From: Escherichia coli
Lineage (GTDB): Bacteria > Pseudomonadota > Gammaproteobacteria > Enterobacterales > Enterobacteriaceae
Assembly (NCBI RefSeq): GCF_022493755.1
Contig: NZ_CP028767.1
Length of the DNA stretch: 64,000 bases
Direction: 5' to 3' (one strand)
The notes under the pieces: model-generated
Database searches by the model: none
What the model saw: the letters and a program-made list of their open reading frames with translations, nothing else
What the model was told of the DNA's origin: nothing
Part shown: in pieces, positions 53,744 to 64,000 of the stretch
Numbering within the stretch: the stretch's first letter is position 1
Layout: every line of letters begins with the position of its first letter
Program-made: the position numbers and the translations under genes

Positions 53744-55860
53744 CGCAGGAAACGATGGATTACCACGCGCTGAATGCGATGCTTAACCTCTACGATAGCG
53801 CAGGTCGCATTCAGTTCGATAAAGACCGCCAGGCCGTTGACGCCTTTATTGCGACGCATGTGCGTCCGAACAGTGTGACCTTCAGTAGCCAGCAGCAGCG
53901 CCTGAACTGGCTGGTCAACGAAGGTTACTATGATGAAAGCGTTCTTAATCGCTACTCTCGCGACTTTGTCATTACGCTGTTTGCCCACGCACACACCAGC
54001 GGTTTTCGTTTCCAGACATTCCTCGGGGCATGGAAGTTTTACACCAGCTATACGTTGAAGACATTCGACGGTAAACGTTATCTGGAAGATTTTGCCGATC
54101 GAGTCACGATGGTGGCGCTGACGCTGGCACAAGGCGATGAGACGCTGGCGTTGCAACTGACCGATGAAATGCTGTCAGGACGCTTTCAGCCAGCCACGCC
54201 AACATTCCTCAACTGCGGTAAGCAGCAGCGCGGCGAACTGGTTTCCTGTTTTTTGCTGCGTATTGAAGACAATATGGAGTCGATTGGTCGGGCGGTAAAT
54301 TCCGCACTGCAGCTGTCGAAACGCGGCGGCGGCGTAGCATTTTTGCTGTCGAATCTGCGAGAAGCGGGCGCGCCAATTAAACGTATTGAAAATCAATCTT
54401 CTGGCGTAATTCCGGTGATGAAAATGCTGGAAGACGCATTTTCCTATGCCAACCAACTCGGCGCTCGTCAGGGGGCTGGTGCAGTCTATTTACATGCTCA
54501 TCATCCCGATATTCTGCGTTTTCTCGACACGAAACGGGAAAATGCCGACGAAAAAATCCGCATTAAAACACTGTCGCTTGGCGTGGTGATCCCGGATATC
54601 ACTTTCCATCTGGCAAAAGAGAATGCGCAGATGGCGCTGTTTTCGCCTTATGACGTAGAGCGAGTTTATGGCAAGCCGTTTGCCGATGTGGCCATCAGCC
54701 AACACTATGACGAACTGGTTGCCGATGAACGCATCCGCAAAAAATACCTCAACGCCCGTGATTTCTTCCAGCGGCTGGCAGAAATCCAGTTTGAGTCCGG
54801 CTATCCCTACATCATGTATGAAGACACGGTAAACCGTGCTAACCCTGTCGCCGGGCGCATAAATATGAGTAATCTCTGCTCAGAAATTTTGCAGGTTAAC
54901 AGCGCCTCAGAGTATGACGAGAATCTCGACTATGCCCGTACAGGCCATGATATTTCCTGCAATTTAGGTTCGTTGAATATTGCCCACACCATGGATTCCC
55001 CCAACTTTGCCCGCACGGTAGAGACTGCCGTACGCGGTTTAACGGCGGTGTCAGATATGAGTCATATCCGCAGCGTGCCGTCCATCGAAGCCGGAAATGC
55101 CGCCTCACACGCCATCGGGCTGGGGCAGATGAATTTACACGGTTATCTGGCGCGAGAAGGCATCGCTTATGGTTCGCCGGAAGCCCTGGATTTCACCAAT
55201 CTCTATTTCTATACCATCACCTGGCACGCACTGCGTACCTCGATGTTGCTGGCGCGCGAACGCGGTGAAACCTTCGCCGGGTTCAAACAGTCACGCTATG
55301 CCAGTGGTGAATATTTCAGCCAATATCTGCAAGGTAACTGGCAGCCGAAAACGGCGAAAGTTGGCGAACTGTTTGCCCGCAGCGGTATTACGTTACCTAC
55401 CCGTGAGATGTGGGCGCAACTGCGCGACGACGTGATGCGCTACGGCATATACAACCAGAATCTCCAGGCGGTGCCGCCAACCGGTTCTATCTCTTATATC
55501 AACCATGCTACGTCGAGTATTCATCCGATTGTGGCGAAAGTAGAGATACGCAAAGAGGGCAAAACAGGACGCGTTTACTACCCTGCCCCGTTTATGACTA
55601 ACGAGAATCTGGCGCTGTATCAGGATGCTTACGAAATCGGCGCAGAAAAGATCATCGACACCTACGCGGAAGCGACTCGCCATGTCGATCAGGGTTTGTC
55701 GCTGACGCTGTTTTTCCCCGATACCGCCACCACTCGCGATATCAACAAAGCGCAGATTTACGCCTGGCGCAAAGGTATCAAAACGCTCTATTACATTCGC
55801 CTGCGTCAGATGGCGCTGGAAGGCACTGAAATTGAAGGCTGCGTCTCCTGTGCACTTTAA
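53716..55860 (+). CDS. nrdE: Class Ib ribonucleotide reductase alpha subunit
   Basis: 714 aa. Confidence 0.95.
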
Positions 55861-56829
<969 letters not shown>

Positions 56830-57089
56830 GGGTGTTATTTTCAAAAATATCACTACCCGCAGCAGGGAAATAATTCCCGCCAAATAGCTTTTTATCACGC
56901 AAATATTCTGTAGTGATCTACACTGATACTCTGTTGCATTATTCGCCTGAAACTACAATATTCAGGCGTTTTTTCGCTATCTATGACAAAAAATATCAAC
57001 TTTTCTCGATTTGCTCTCAGCCCTTATATCACGGGAAATTCCGGCGATTTGCTCGCATCAATATTCATGCCACATTTGCCCTCAGGGGT

Positions 57090-57117
57090 TGCCTCAGATT
57101 CTCAGTATGTTAGGGTA
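57090..57117 (+). promoter_or_regulatory. proU sigma70 promoter (-35 TTGCCT, 16-bp spacer, -10 TAGGGT)
   Basis: Hexamers read directly ~70 bp upstream of the proV start. Confidence 0.55.
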
Positions 57118-57183
57118 GAGAAAAGTGACTATTTCCATTGGGTAATATATCGACATAAACAAATAAAGGAATCTTTCTATTGC

Positions 57184-58386
57184 ATGGCAATTAAATTAGA
57201 AATTAAAAATCTTTATAAAATATTTGGCGAGCATCCACAGCGAGCGTTCAAATATATCGAACAAGGACTTTCGAAAGAACAAATTCTGGAAAAAACTGGG
57301 CTATCGCTTGGCGTAAAAGACGCCAGTCTGGCCATTGAAGAAGGCGAGATATTTGTCATCATGGGATTATCCGGCTCGGGTAAATCCACAATGGTACGCC
57401 TTCTCAATCGCCTGATTGAACCCACCCGCGGGCAAGTGCTGATTGATGGTGTGGATATTGCCAAAATATCCGATGCCGAACTCCGTGAGGTGCGCAGAAA
57501 AAAGATTGCGATGGTCTTCCAGTCCTTTGCCTTAATGCCGCATATGACCGTGCTGGACAATACTGCGTTCGGTATGGAATTGGCCGGAATTAATGCCGAA
57601 GAACGCCGGGAAAAAGCCCTTGATGCACTGCGTCAGGTCGGGCTGGAAAATTATGCCCACAGCTACCCGGATGAACTCTCTGGCGGGATGCGTCAACGTG
57701 TGGGATTAGCCCGCGCGTTAGCGATTAATCCGGATATATTATTAATGGACGAAGCCTTCTCGGCGCTCGATCCATTAATTCGCACCGAGATGCAGGATGA
57801 GCTGGTAAAATTACAGGCGAAACATCAGCGCACCATTGTCTTTATTTCCCACGATCTCGATGAGGCTATGCGTATTGGCGACCGAATTGCCATTATGCAA
57901 AATGGTGAAGTGGTACAGGTCGGCACACCGGATGAAATTCTCAATAATCCGGCGAATGATTATGTCCGTACCTTCTTCCGTGGCGTTGATATTAGTCAGG
58001 TATTCAGTGCGAAAGATATTGCCCGCCGGACACCGAATGGCTTAATTCGTAAAACCCCTGGCTTCGGCCCACGTTCGGCACTGAAATTATTGCAGGATGA
58101 AGATCGCGAATATGGCTACGTTATCGAACGCGGTAATAAGTTTGTCGGCGCAGTTTCCATCGATTCGCTTAAAACCGCGTTAACGCAGCAGCAAGGTCTT
58201 GATGCGGCGCTGATTGATGCGCCGTTAGCAGTCGATGCACAAACGCCTCTTAGCGAGTTGCTCTCTCATGTCGGACAGGCACCCTGTGCGGTGCCCGTGG
58301 TCGACGAGGACCAACAGTATGTCGGCATCATTTCGAAAGGAATGCTGCTGCGCGCTTTAGATCGTGAGGGGGTAAATAATGGCTGA
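57184..58386 (+). CDS. proV: Glycine betaine/proline ABC transporter ATPase
   Basis: Start at [15 protein letters not shown] (400 aa), Walker [11 protein letters not shown]-terminal CBS domains. Confidence 0.95.
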   Translation: MAIKLEIKNLYKIFGEHPQRAFKYIEQGLSKEQILEKTGLSLGVKDASLAIEEGEIFVIMGLSGSGKSTMVRLLNRLIEPTRGQVLIDGVDIAKISDAELREVRRKKIAMVFQSFALMPHMTVLDNTAFGMELAGINAEERREKALDALRQVGLENYAHSYPDELSGGMRQRVGLARALAINPDILLMDEAFSALDPLIRTEMQDELVKLQAKHQRTIVFISHDLDEAMRIGDRIAIMQNGEVVQVGTPDEILNNPANDYVRTFFRGVDISQVFSAKDIARRTPNGLIRKTPGFGPRSALKLLQDEDREYGYVIERGNKFVGAVSIDSLKTALTQQQGLDAALIDAPLAVDAQTPLSELLSHVGQAPCAVPVVDEDQQYVGIISKGMLLRALDREGVNNG

Positions 58387-59443
58387 TCAAAATAATCCGT
58401 GGGATACCACGCCAGCGGCGGACAGTGCCGTGCAATCCGCAGACGCCTGGGGTACACCGGCGACTGCACCGACTGACGGCGGTGGTGCTGACTGGCTGAC
58501 CAGTACGCCTGCGCCAAACGTCGAGCATTTTAATATTCTCGATCCGTTCCATAAAACGCTGATCCCGCTCGACAGTTGGGTCACTGAAGGGATCGACTGG
58601 GTTGTTACCCATTTCCGTCCCGTCTTCCAGGGCGTGCGCGTTCCGGTTGATTACATTCTCAACGGTTTCCAGCAATTGCTGCTGGGTATGCCCGCACCGG
58701 TGGCGATTATCGTTTTCGCTCTCATCGCCTGGCAGATTTCCGGGGTCGGAATGGGCGTGGCGACGCTGGTTTCGCTGATTGCCATCGGCGCAATCGGTGC
58801 CTGGTCGCAGGCCATGGTTACCCTGGCGCTGGTGTTAACCGCCCTGCTGTTCTGTATCGTCATTGGTTTGCCGCTGGGGATCTGGCTGGCGAGAAGTCCG
58901 CGAGCGGCGAAAATTATTCGTCCACTGCTTGATGCCATGCAGACCACGCCAGCGTTTGTTTATCTGGTGCCAATCGTCATGCTATTTGGTATCGGTAACG
59001 TGCCGGGCGTGGTGGTGACGATCATCTTTGCTCTGCCGCCGATTATCCGTCTGACCATTCTGGGGATTAACCAGGTTCCGGCGGATCTGATTGAAGCCTC
59101 GCGCTCATTCGGTGCCAGCCCGCGCCAGATGCTGTTCAAAGTTCAGTTACCGCTGGCGATGCCGACCATTATGGCGGGCGTTAACCAGACGCTGATGCTG
59201 GCCCTTTCTATGGTGGTCATTGCCTCGATGATTGCCGTCGGCGGGCTGGGTCAGATGGTACTTCGCGGTATCGGTCGTCTGGATATGGGGCTTGCCACCG
59301 TTGGCGGCGTCGGGATTGTGATCCTCGCCATTATCCTCGATCGCCTGACGCAGGCCGTTGGGCGCGACTCACGCAGTCGCGGCAACCGTCGCTGGTACAC
59401 CACTGGCCCTGTTGGTCTGCTGACCCGCCCATTCATTAAGTAA
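58379..59443 (+). CDS. proW: Glycine betaine/proline ABC transporter permease
   Basis: 354 aa, overlaps the proV stop. Confidence 0.95.
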   Translation: MADQNNPWDTTPAADSAVQSADAWGTPATAPTDGGGADWLTSTPAPNVEHFNILDPFHKTLIPLDSWVTEGIDWVVTHFRPVFQGVRVPVDYILNGFQQLLLGMPAPVAIIVFALIAWQISGVGMGVATLVSLIAIGAIGAWSQAMVTLALVLTALLFCIVIGLPLGIWLARSPRAAKIIRPLLDAMQTTPAFVYLVPIVMLFGIGNVPGVVVTIIFALPPIIRLTILGINQVPADLIEASRSFGASPRQMLFKVQLPLAMPTIMAGVNQTLMLALSMVVIASMIAVGGLGQMVLRGIGRLDMGLATVGGVGIVILAIILDRLTQAVGRDSRSRGNRRWYTTGPVGLLTRPFIK

Positions 59444-59500
59444 CTCTGCACTTGCCCGGTGACGCCGGGCATTATCACCCTGCCAAAAAAAGGAATAACA

Positions 59501-60493
59501 ATGCGACATAGCGTACTTTTTGCGACAGCGTTTGCCACGCTTATCTCTACACAAACTTTTGCTGCCGATCTGCCGGGCAAAGGTATTACTGTAAATCCAG
59601 TTCAAAGCACCATCACCGAAGAAACCTTCCAGACGCTGCTGGTCAGCCGTGCGCTGGAGAAATTAGGCTATACCGTCAACAAACCCAGCGAAGTAGATTA
59701 CAACGTTGGCTACACCTCGCTTGCTTCCGGCGATGCAACCTTCACCGCCGTGAACTGGACGCCACTGCATGACAACATGTACGAAGCTGCCGGTGGCGAT
59801 AAGAAATTTTATCGTGAAGGGGTATTTGTTAACGGCGCGGCACAGGGTTACCTGATCGATAAGAAAACCGCCGACCAGTACAAAATCACCAACATCGCAC
59901 AACTGAAAGATCCGAAGATCGCCAAACTGTTCGATACCAACGGCGACGGAAAAGCGGATTTAACCGGTTGTAACCCTGGCTGGGGCTGCGAAGGTGCCAT
60001 CAACCACCAGCTTGCCGCGTATGAACTGACCCATACCGTGACGCATAATCAGGGGAACTACGCGGCGATGATGGCCGACACCATCAGTCGCTACAAAGAG
60101 GGCAAACCGGTGTTTTACTACACCTGGACGCCGTACTGGGTGAGTAATGAGCTGAAGCCAGGGAAAGATGTGGTCTGGTTGCAGGTGCCGTTCTCCGCAC
60201 TGCCGGGCGATAAAAACGCCGATACCAAACTGCCGAATGGTGCGAATTATGGCTTCCCGGTCAGCACCATGCATATCGTTGCCAACAAAGCCTGGGCCGA
60301 GAAAAACCCGGCAGCAGCGAAACTGTTTGCCATTATGCAGTTGCCAGTGGCAGATATTAACGCCCAGAACGCCATTATGCATGACGGCAAAGCCTCAGAA
60401 GGCGATATTCAGGGCCATGTTGATGGCTGGATCAAAGCCCACCAGCAGCAGTTCGATGGCTGGGTGAATGAGGCGCTGGCAGCGCAGAAGTAA
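59501..60493 (+). CDS. proX: Glycine betaine-binding periplasmic protein
   Basis: Start at [21 protein letters not shown] (signal peptide), 330 aa. Confidence 0.95.
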   Translation: MRHSVLFATAFATLISTQTFAADLPGKGITVNPVQSTITEETFQTLLVSRALEKLGYTVNKPSEVDYNVGYTSLASGDATFTAVNWTPLHDNMYEAAGGDKKFYREGVFVNGAAQGYLIDKKTADQYKITNIAQLKDPKIAKLFDTNGDGKADLTGCNPGWGCEGAINHQLAAYELTHTVTHNQGNYAAMMADTISRYKEGKPVFYYTWTPYWVSNELKPGKDVVWLQVPFSALPGDKNADTKLPNGANYGFPVSTMHIVANKAWAEKNPAAAKLFAIMQLPVADINAQNAIMHDGKASEGDIQGHVDGWIKAHQQQFDGWVNEALAAQK

Positions 60494-60495
60494 TT

Positions 60496-60570
60496 TTTAT
60501 TCGGGCGGATAAGGCGTTTTTGCCTCATCCGCCGCTCTGTACACAATGCCTGATGCGACGCTGACGCGTC
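60496..60570. repeat. REP-like palindromic elements
   Basis: CGGGCGGATAAGGCG...CATCCGCC downstream of proX. Confidence 0.45.
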
Positions 60571-60684
60571 TTATCATGCCTACAAACCACATCGCACATT
60601 TCAACAAGCTATCTTTCATCCCATATTCATCAACATCCGCTATTATTGATTTCCAGCTTAATCATCACCTGATGAACAAAAATA

Positions 60685-61869
60685 ATGACTAAACCTAATC
60701 ATGAGCTTAGCCCGGCGCTGATCGTGCTGATGTCTATCGCCACCGGTCTGGCGGTCGCCAGTAACTATTACGCCCAGCCGCTACTCGACACCATCGCGCG
60801 TAACTTTTCCCTTTCCGCCAGTTCGGCAGGCTTTATTGTTACCGCCGCGCAATTGGGCTATGCAGCAGGTCTGCTGTTTCTTGTTCCCCTCGGTGATATG
60901 TTTGAACGCCGCCGCCTGATTGTCTCGATGACCTTACTGGCAGCGGGCGGTATGTTGATTACCGCCAGCAGTCAGTCGCTGGCGATGATGCTCCTCGGTA
61001 CGGCATTAACCGGTTTATTCTCTGTCGTGGCACAAATTCTGGTTCCGCTGGCAGCGACGCTGGCTTCACCGGATAAACGCGGCAAAGTGGTTGGCACCAT
61101 TATGAGCGGTCTGCTGTTGGGGATATTGCTGGCACGAACCGTTGCCGGGTTACTGGCAAACCTCGGCGGCTGGCGCACCGTCTTTTGGGTTGCCTCGGTG
61201 TTAATGGCTCTGATGGCGCTAGCATTATGGCGTGGTCTGCCACAAATGAAATCAGAAACCCACCTCAACTACCCACAGTTGTTAGGTTCCGTTTTCAGCA
61301 TGTTTATCAGCGATAAGATCCTGCGCACCCGCGCATTGCTGGGCTGCCTGACCTTTGCCAACTTCAGCATTCTCTGGACCTCAATGGCCTTTTTGCTTGC
61401 CGCTCCACCTTTTAACTACAGCGATGGTGTCATTGGTCTGTTTGGACTTGCGGGAGCTGCCGGAGCGTTGGGCGCTCGTCCGGCGGGCGGTTTTGCCGAT
61501 AAGGGTAAATCGCACCACACCACAACTTTCGGTCTGCTGCTGCTATTACTTTCATGGCTGGCGATCTGGTTTGGTCACACTTCCGTACTGGCGCTGATTA
61601 TCGGCATCCTGGTGCTGGATCTCACCGTACAGGGCGTGCATATCACTAACCAGACGGTAATTTATCGAATACACCCTGATGCGCGTAATCGCCTGACCGC
61701 AGGTTACATGACCAGCTACTTTATTGGCGGTGCCGCCGGTTCGCTAATTTCAGCCTCAGCCTGGCAACATGGCGGTTGGGCTGGCGTTTGTCTGGCTGGC
61801 GCGACGATTGCCCTGGTTAACTTACTGGTCTGGTGGCGAGGTTTTCATCGTCAGGAAGCCGCAAATTAA
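60685..61869 (+). CDS. ygaY: MFS transporter
   Basis: 394 aa multi-TM protein, intact here. Confidence 0.8.
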   Translation: MTKPNHELSPALIVLMSIATGLAVASNYYAQPLLDTIARNFSLSASSAGFIVTAAQLGYAAGLLFLVPLGDMFERRRLIVSMTLLAAGGMLITASSQSLAMMLLGTALTGLFSVVAQILVPLAATLASPDKRGKVVGTIMSGLLLGILLARTVAGLLANLGGWRTVFWVASVLMALMALALWRGLPQMKSETHLNYPQLLGSVFSMFISDKILRTRALLGCLTFANFSILWTSMAFLLAAPPFNYSDGVIGLFGLAGAAGALGARPAGGFADKGKSHHTTTFGLLLLLLSWLAIWFGHTSVLALIIGILVLDLTVQGVHITNQTVIYRIHPDARNRLTAGYMTSYFIGGAAGSLISASAWQHGGWAGVCLAGATIALVNLLVWWRGFHRQEAAN

Positions 61870-61992
61870 GCAATCAGCAACCGTTTTCGTGGCTTTACAC
61901 TTATAAGGGTGTTAAGAAGCCCATCAGTCTGATAAGGTTAAGATATTCATTCAGTCTATTTATAATATTAACAATCGTTAAGCGTACACTCT

Positions 61993-62730
61993 ATGGAAAG
62001 CCCTACTCCACAGCCTGCTCCTGGTTCGGCGACCTTCATGGAAGGATGCAAAGACAGTTTACCGATTGTTATTAGTTATATTCCGGTGGCCTTTGCGTTC
62101 GGTCTGAATGCGACCCGTCTGGGATTCTCTCCTCTCGAAAGCGTTTTTTTCTCCTGCATCATTTATGCAGGCGCGAGCCAGTTCGTCATTACCGCGATGC
62201 TGGCAGCCGGGAGTAGTTTGTGGGTTGCTGCACTGACCGTCATGGCAATGGATGTTCGCCATGTGTTGTATGGCCCGTCACTGCGTAGCCGTATTATTCA
62301 GCGTCTGCAAAAATCGAAAACCGCCCTGTGGGCATTTGGCCTGACGGATGAGGTTTTTGCCGCCGCAACCGCAAAACTGGTACGCAATAATCGCCGCTGG
62401 AGCGAGAACTGGATGATCGGCATTGCCTTCAGTTCATGGTCATCGTGGGTATTTGGTACGGTAATAGGGGCATTCTCCGGCAGCGGCTTGCTGCAAGGTT
62501 ATCCCGCCGTTGAAGCTGCATTAGGTTTTATGCTTCCGGCACTCTTTATGAGTTTCCTGCTCGCCTCTTTCCAGCGCAAACAATCTCTTTGCGTTACCGC
62601 AGCGTTAGTTGGTGCCCTTGCAGGCGTAACGCTATTTTCTATTCCCGTCGCCATTCTGGCAGGCATTGTCTGTGGCTGCCTCACTGCGTTAATCCAGGCA
62701 TTCTGGCAAGGAGCGCCCGATGAGCTATGA
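61993..62730 (+). CDS. ygaZ: AzlC-family branched-chain amino-acid exporter subunit
   Basis: 245 aa membrane protein. Confidence 0.85.
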
Positions 62731-63055
62731 GGTTCTGCTGCTTGGGTTACTGGTTGGCGTGGCGAATTATTGCTTCCGCTATTTGCCGCTGCGCCTGCGT
62801 GTGGGTAATGCCCGCCCAACCAAACGTGGCGCGGTAGGTATTTTGCTCGACACCATTGGCATCGCCTCGATATGCGCTCTGCTGGTTGTCTCTACCGCAC
62901 CAGAAGTGATGCACGATACACGCCGTTTCGTGCCCACGCTGGTCGGCTTCGCGGTACTGGGTGCCAGTTTCTATAAAACACGCAGCATTATCATCCCAAC
63001 ACTGCTTAGTGCGCTGGCCTATGGGCTCGCCTGGAAAGTGATGGCGATTATATAA
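62720..63055 (+). CDS. ygaH: AzlD-family exporter small subunit
   Basis: 111 aa, overlaps the ygaZ stop. Confidence 0.85.
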
Positions 63056-63145
63056 CCCACAAGAATCATTTTTCTAAAACAATACATTTACTTTATTTGT
63101 CACTGTCGTTACTATATCGGCTGAAATTAATGAGGTCATACCCAA

Positions 63146-63676
63146 ATGGATAGTTCGTTTACGCCCATTGAACAAATGCTAAAATTTCGCGCCAGCCGCC
63201 ACGAAGATTTTCCTTATCAGGAGATCCTTCTGACTCGTCTTTGCATGCACATGCAAAGCAAGCTGCTGGAGAACCGCAATAAAATGCTGAAGGCTCAGGG
63301 GATTAACGAGACGTTGTTTATGGCGTTGATTACGCTGGAGTCTCAGGAAAACCACAGTATTCAGCCTTCTGAATTAAGTTGTGCTCTTGGATCATCCCGT
63401 ACCAACGCGACGCGTATTGCCGATGAACTGGAAAAACGCGGTTGGATCGAACGTCGTGAAAGCGATAACGATCGCCGCTGCCTGCATCTGCAATTAACGG
63501 AAAAAGGTCACGAGTTTTTGCGCGAGGTTTTACCACCGCAGCATAACTGCCTGCATCAACTCTGGTCCGCGCTCAGCACAACAGAAAAAGATCAGCTCGA
63601 GCAAATCACCCGCAAATTGCTCTCCCGTCTCGACCAGATGGAACAAGACGGTGTGGTTCTCGAAGCGATGAGCTAA
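63146..63676 (+). CDS. mprA: MarR-family repressor MprA (EmrR)
   Basis: 176 aa. Confidence 0.9.
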
Positions 63677-63723
63677 CGCGTCATCTCGCTCAAAAATCCA
63701 GATTTATAAAAGAAAAAATGACC

Positions 63724-63752
63724 GGCCAGCATCGCAACATGCTGGCCTTTTT
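63724..63752 (+). terminator. Hairpin plus T-run between mprA and emrA (terminator/attenuator-like)
   Basis: 9-bp stem GGCCAGCAT/ATGCTGGCC, 6-nt loop, then TTTTT. Confidence 0.45.
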
Positions 63753-63802
63753 GGCAAGCAGGTCGGCTCAGCCGATGAGTTAAGAAGATCGTGGAGAACA
63801 AT

Positions 63803-64000
63803 ATGAGCGCAAATGCGGAGACTCAAACCCCGCAGCAACCGGTAAAGAAGAGCGGCAAACGTAAGCGTCTGCTCCTCCTTCTCACCTTGCTCTTTATAAT
63901 TATTGCCGTAGCGATAGGGATTTATTGGTTTTTGGTACTGCGTCATTTCGAAGAAACCGATGACGCATACGTGGCAGGGAATCAGATTCAAATTATGTCT
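63803..64000 (+). CDS. emrA: Multidrug efflux membrane fusion protein EmrA, 5' partial (runs off the window)
   Basis: MSANAETQTPQQPVKKSGKRKRLLLLLTLLFIIIAV... with TM anchor. Confidence 0.85.
   Translation, partial: MSANAETQTPQQPVKKSGKRKRLLLLLTLLFIIIAVAIGIYWFLVLRHFEETDDAYVAGNQIQIMS

Overview
Enterobacterial (E. coli-type) chromosomal window. It opens with smpB and ssrA (tmRNA), followed by a ~34.7 kb composite island with no integrase, bounded by imperfect direct repeats of the ssrA 3' end plus terminator (1144-1220 and 35838-35913). After the island come tRNA-Ile2 (ileY) and a conserved backbone: ygaQ fragments, csiD, lhgO, gabDTP, csiR, ygaU, yqaE, ygaV, ygaP, stpA, alaE, ygaC, ygaM, nrdHIEF, proVWX, ygaYZH, mprA and the start of emrA. 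The island holds four parts. (1) Next to ssrA, a compact 257-aa reverse transcriptase preceded by a small membrane peptide and a structured non-coding region closed by inverted repeats; this retron-like module is my best candidate for an undescribed system. (2) A P2-like prophage late-gene block (ogr through Q, with a Hin/Pin-type invertase and invertible tail-fibre cassette) that lacks integrase, immunity and replication genes. (3) A cargo region beyond Q with an IS3-disrupted gene and a 1283-aa protein combining an Mrr-type nuclease N-terminus with a P-loop NTPase (Avs/STAND-like) plus a small downstream gene. (4) CP4-57-like remnants: alpA, a truncated GTPase, an IS3-family IS, a truncated autotransporter and an invertase fragment. 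Several apparent frameshifts sit in homopolymer runs, so some pseudogene calls may be sequencing artefacts. All protein identifications are by eye from the translations and gene order; no database search was run.
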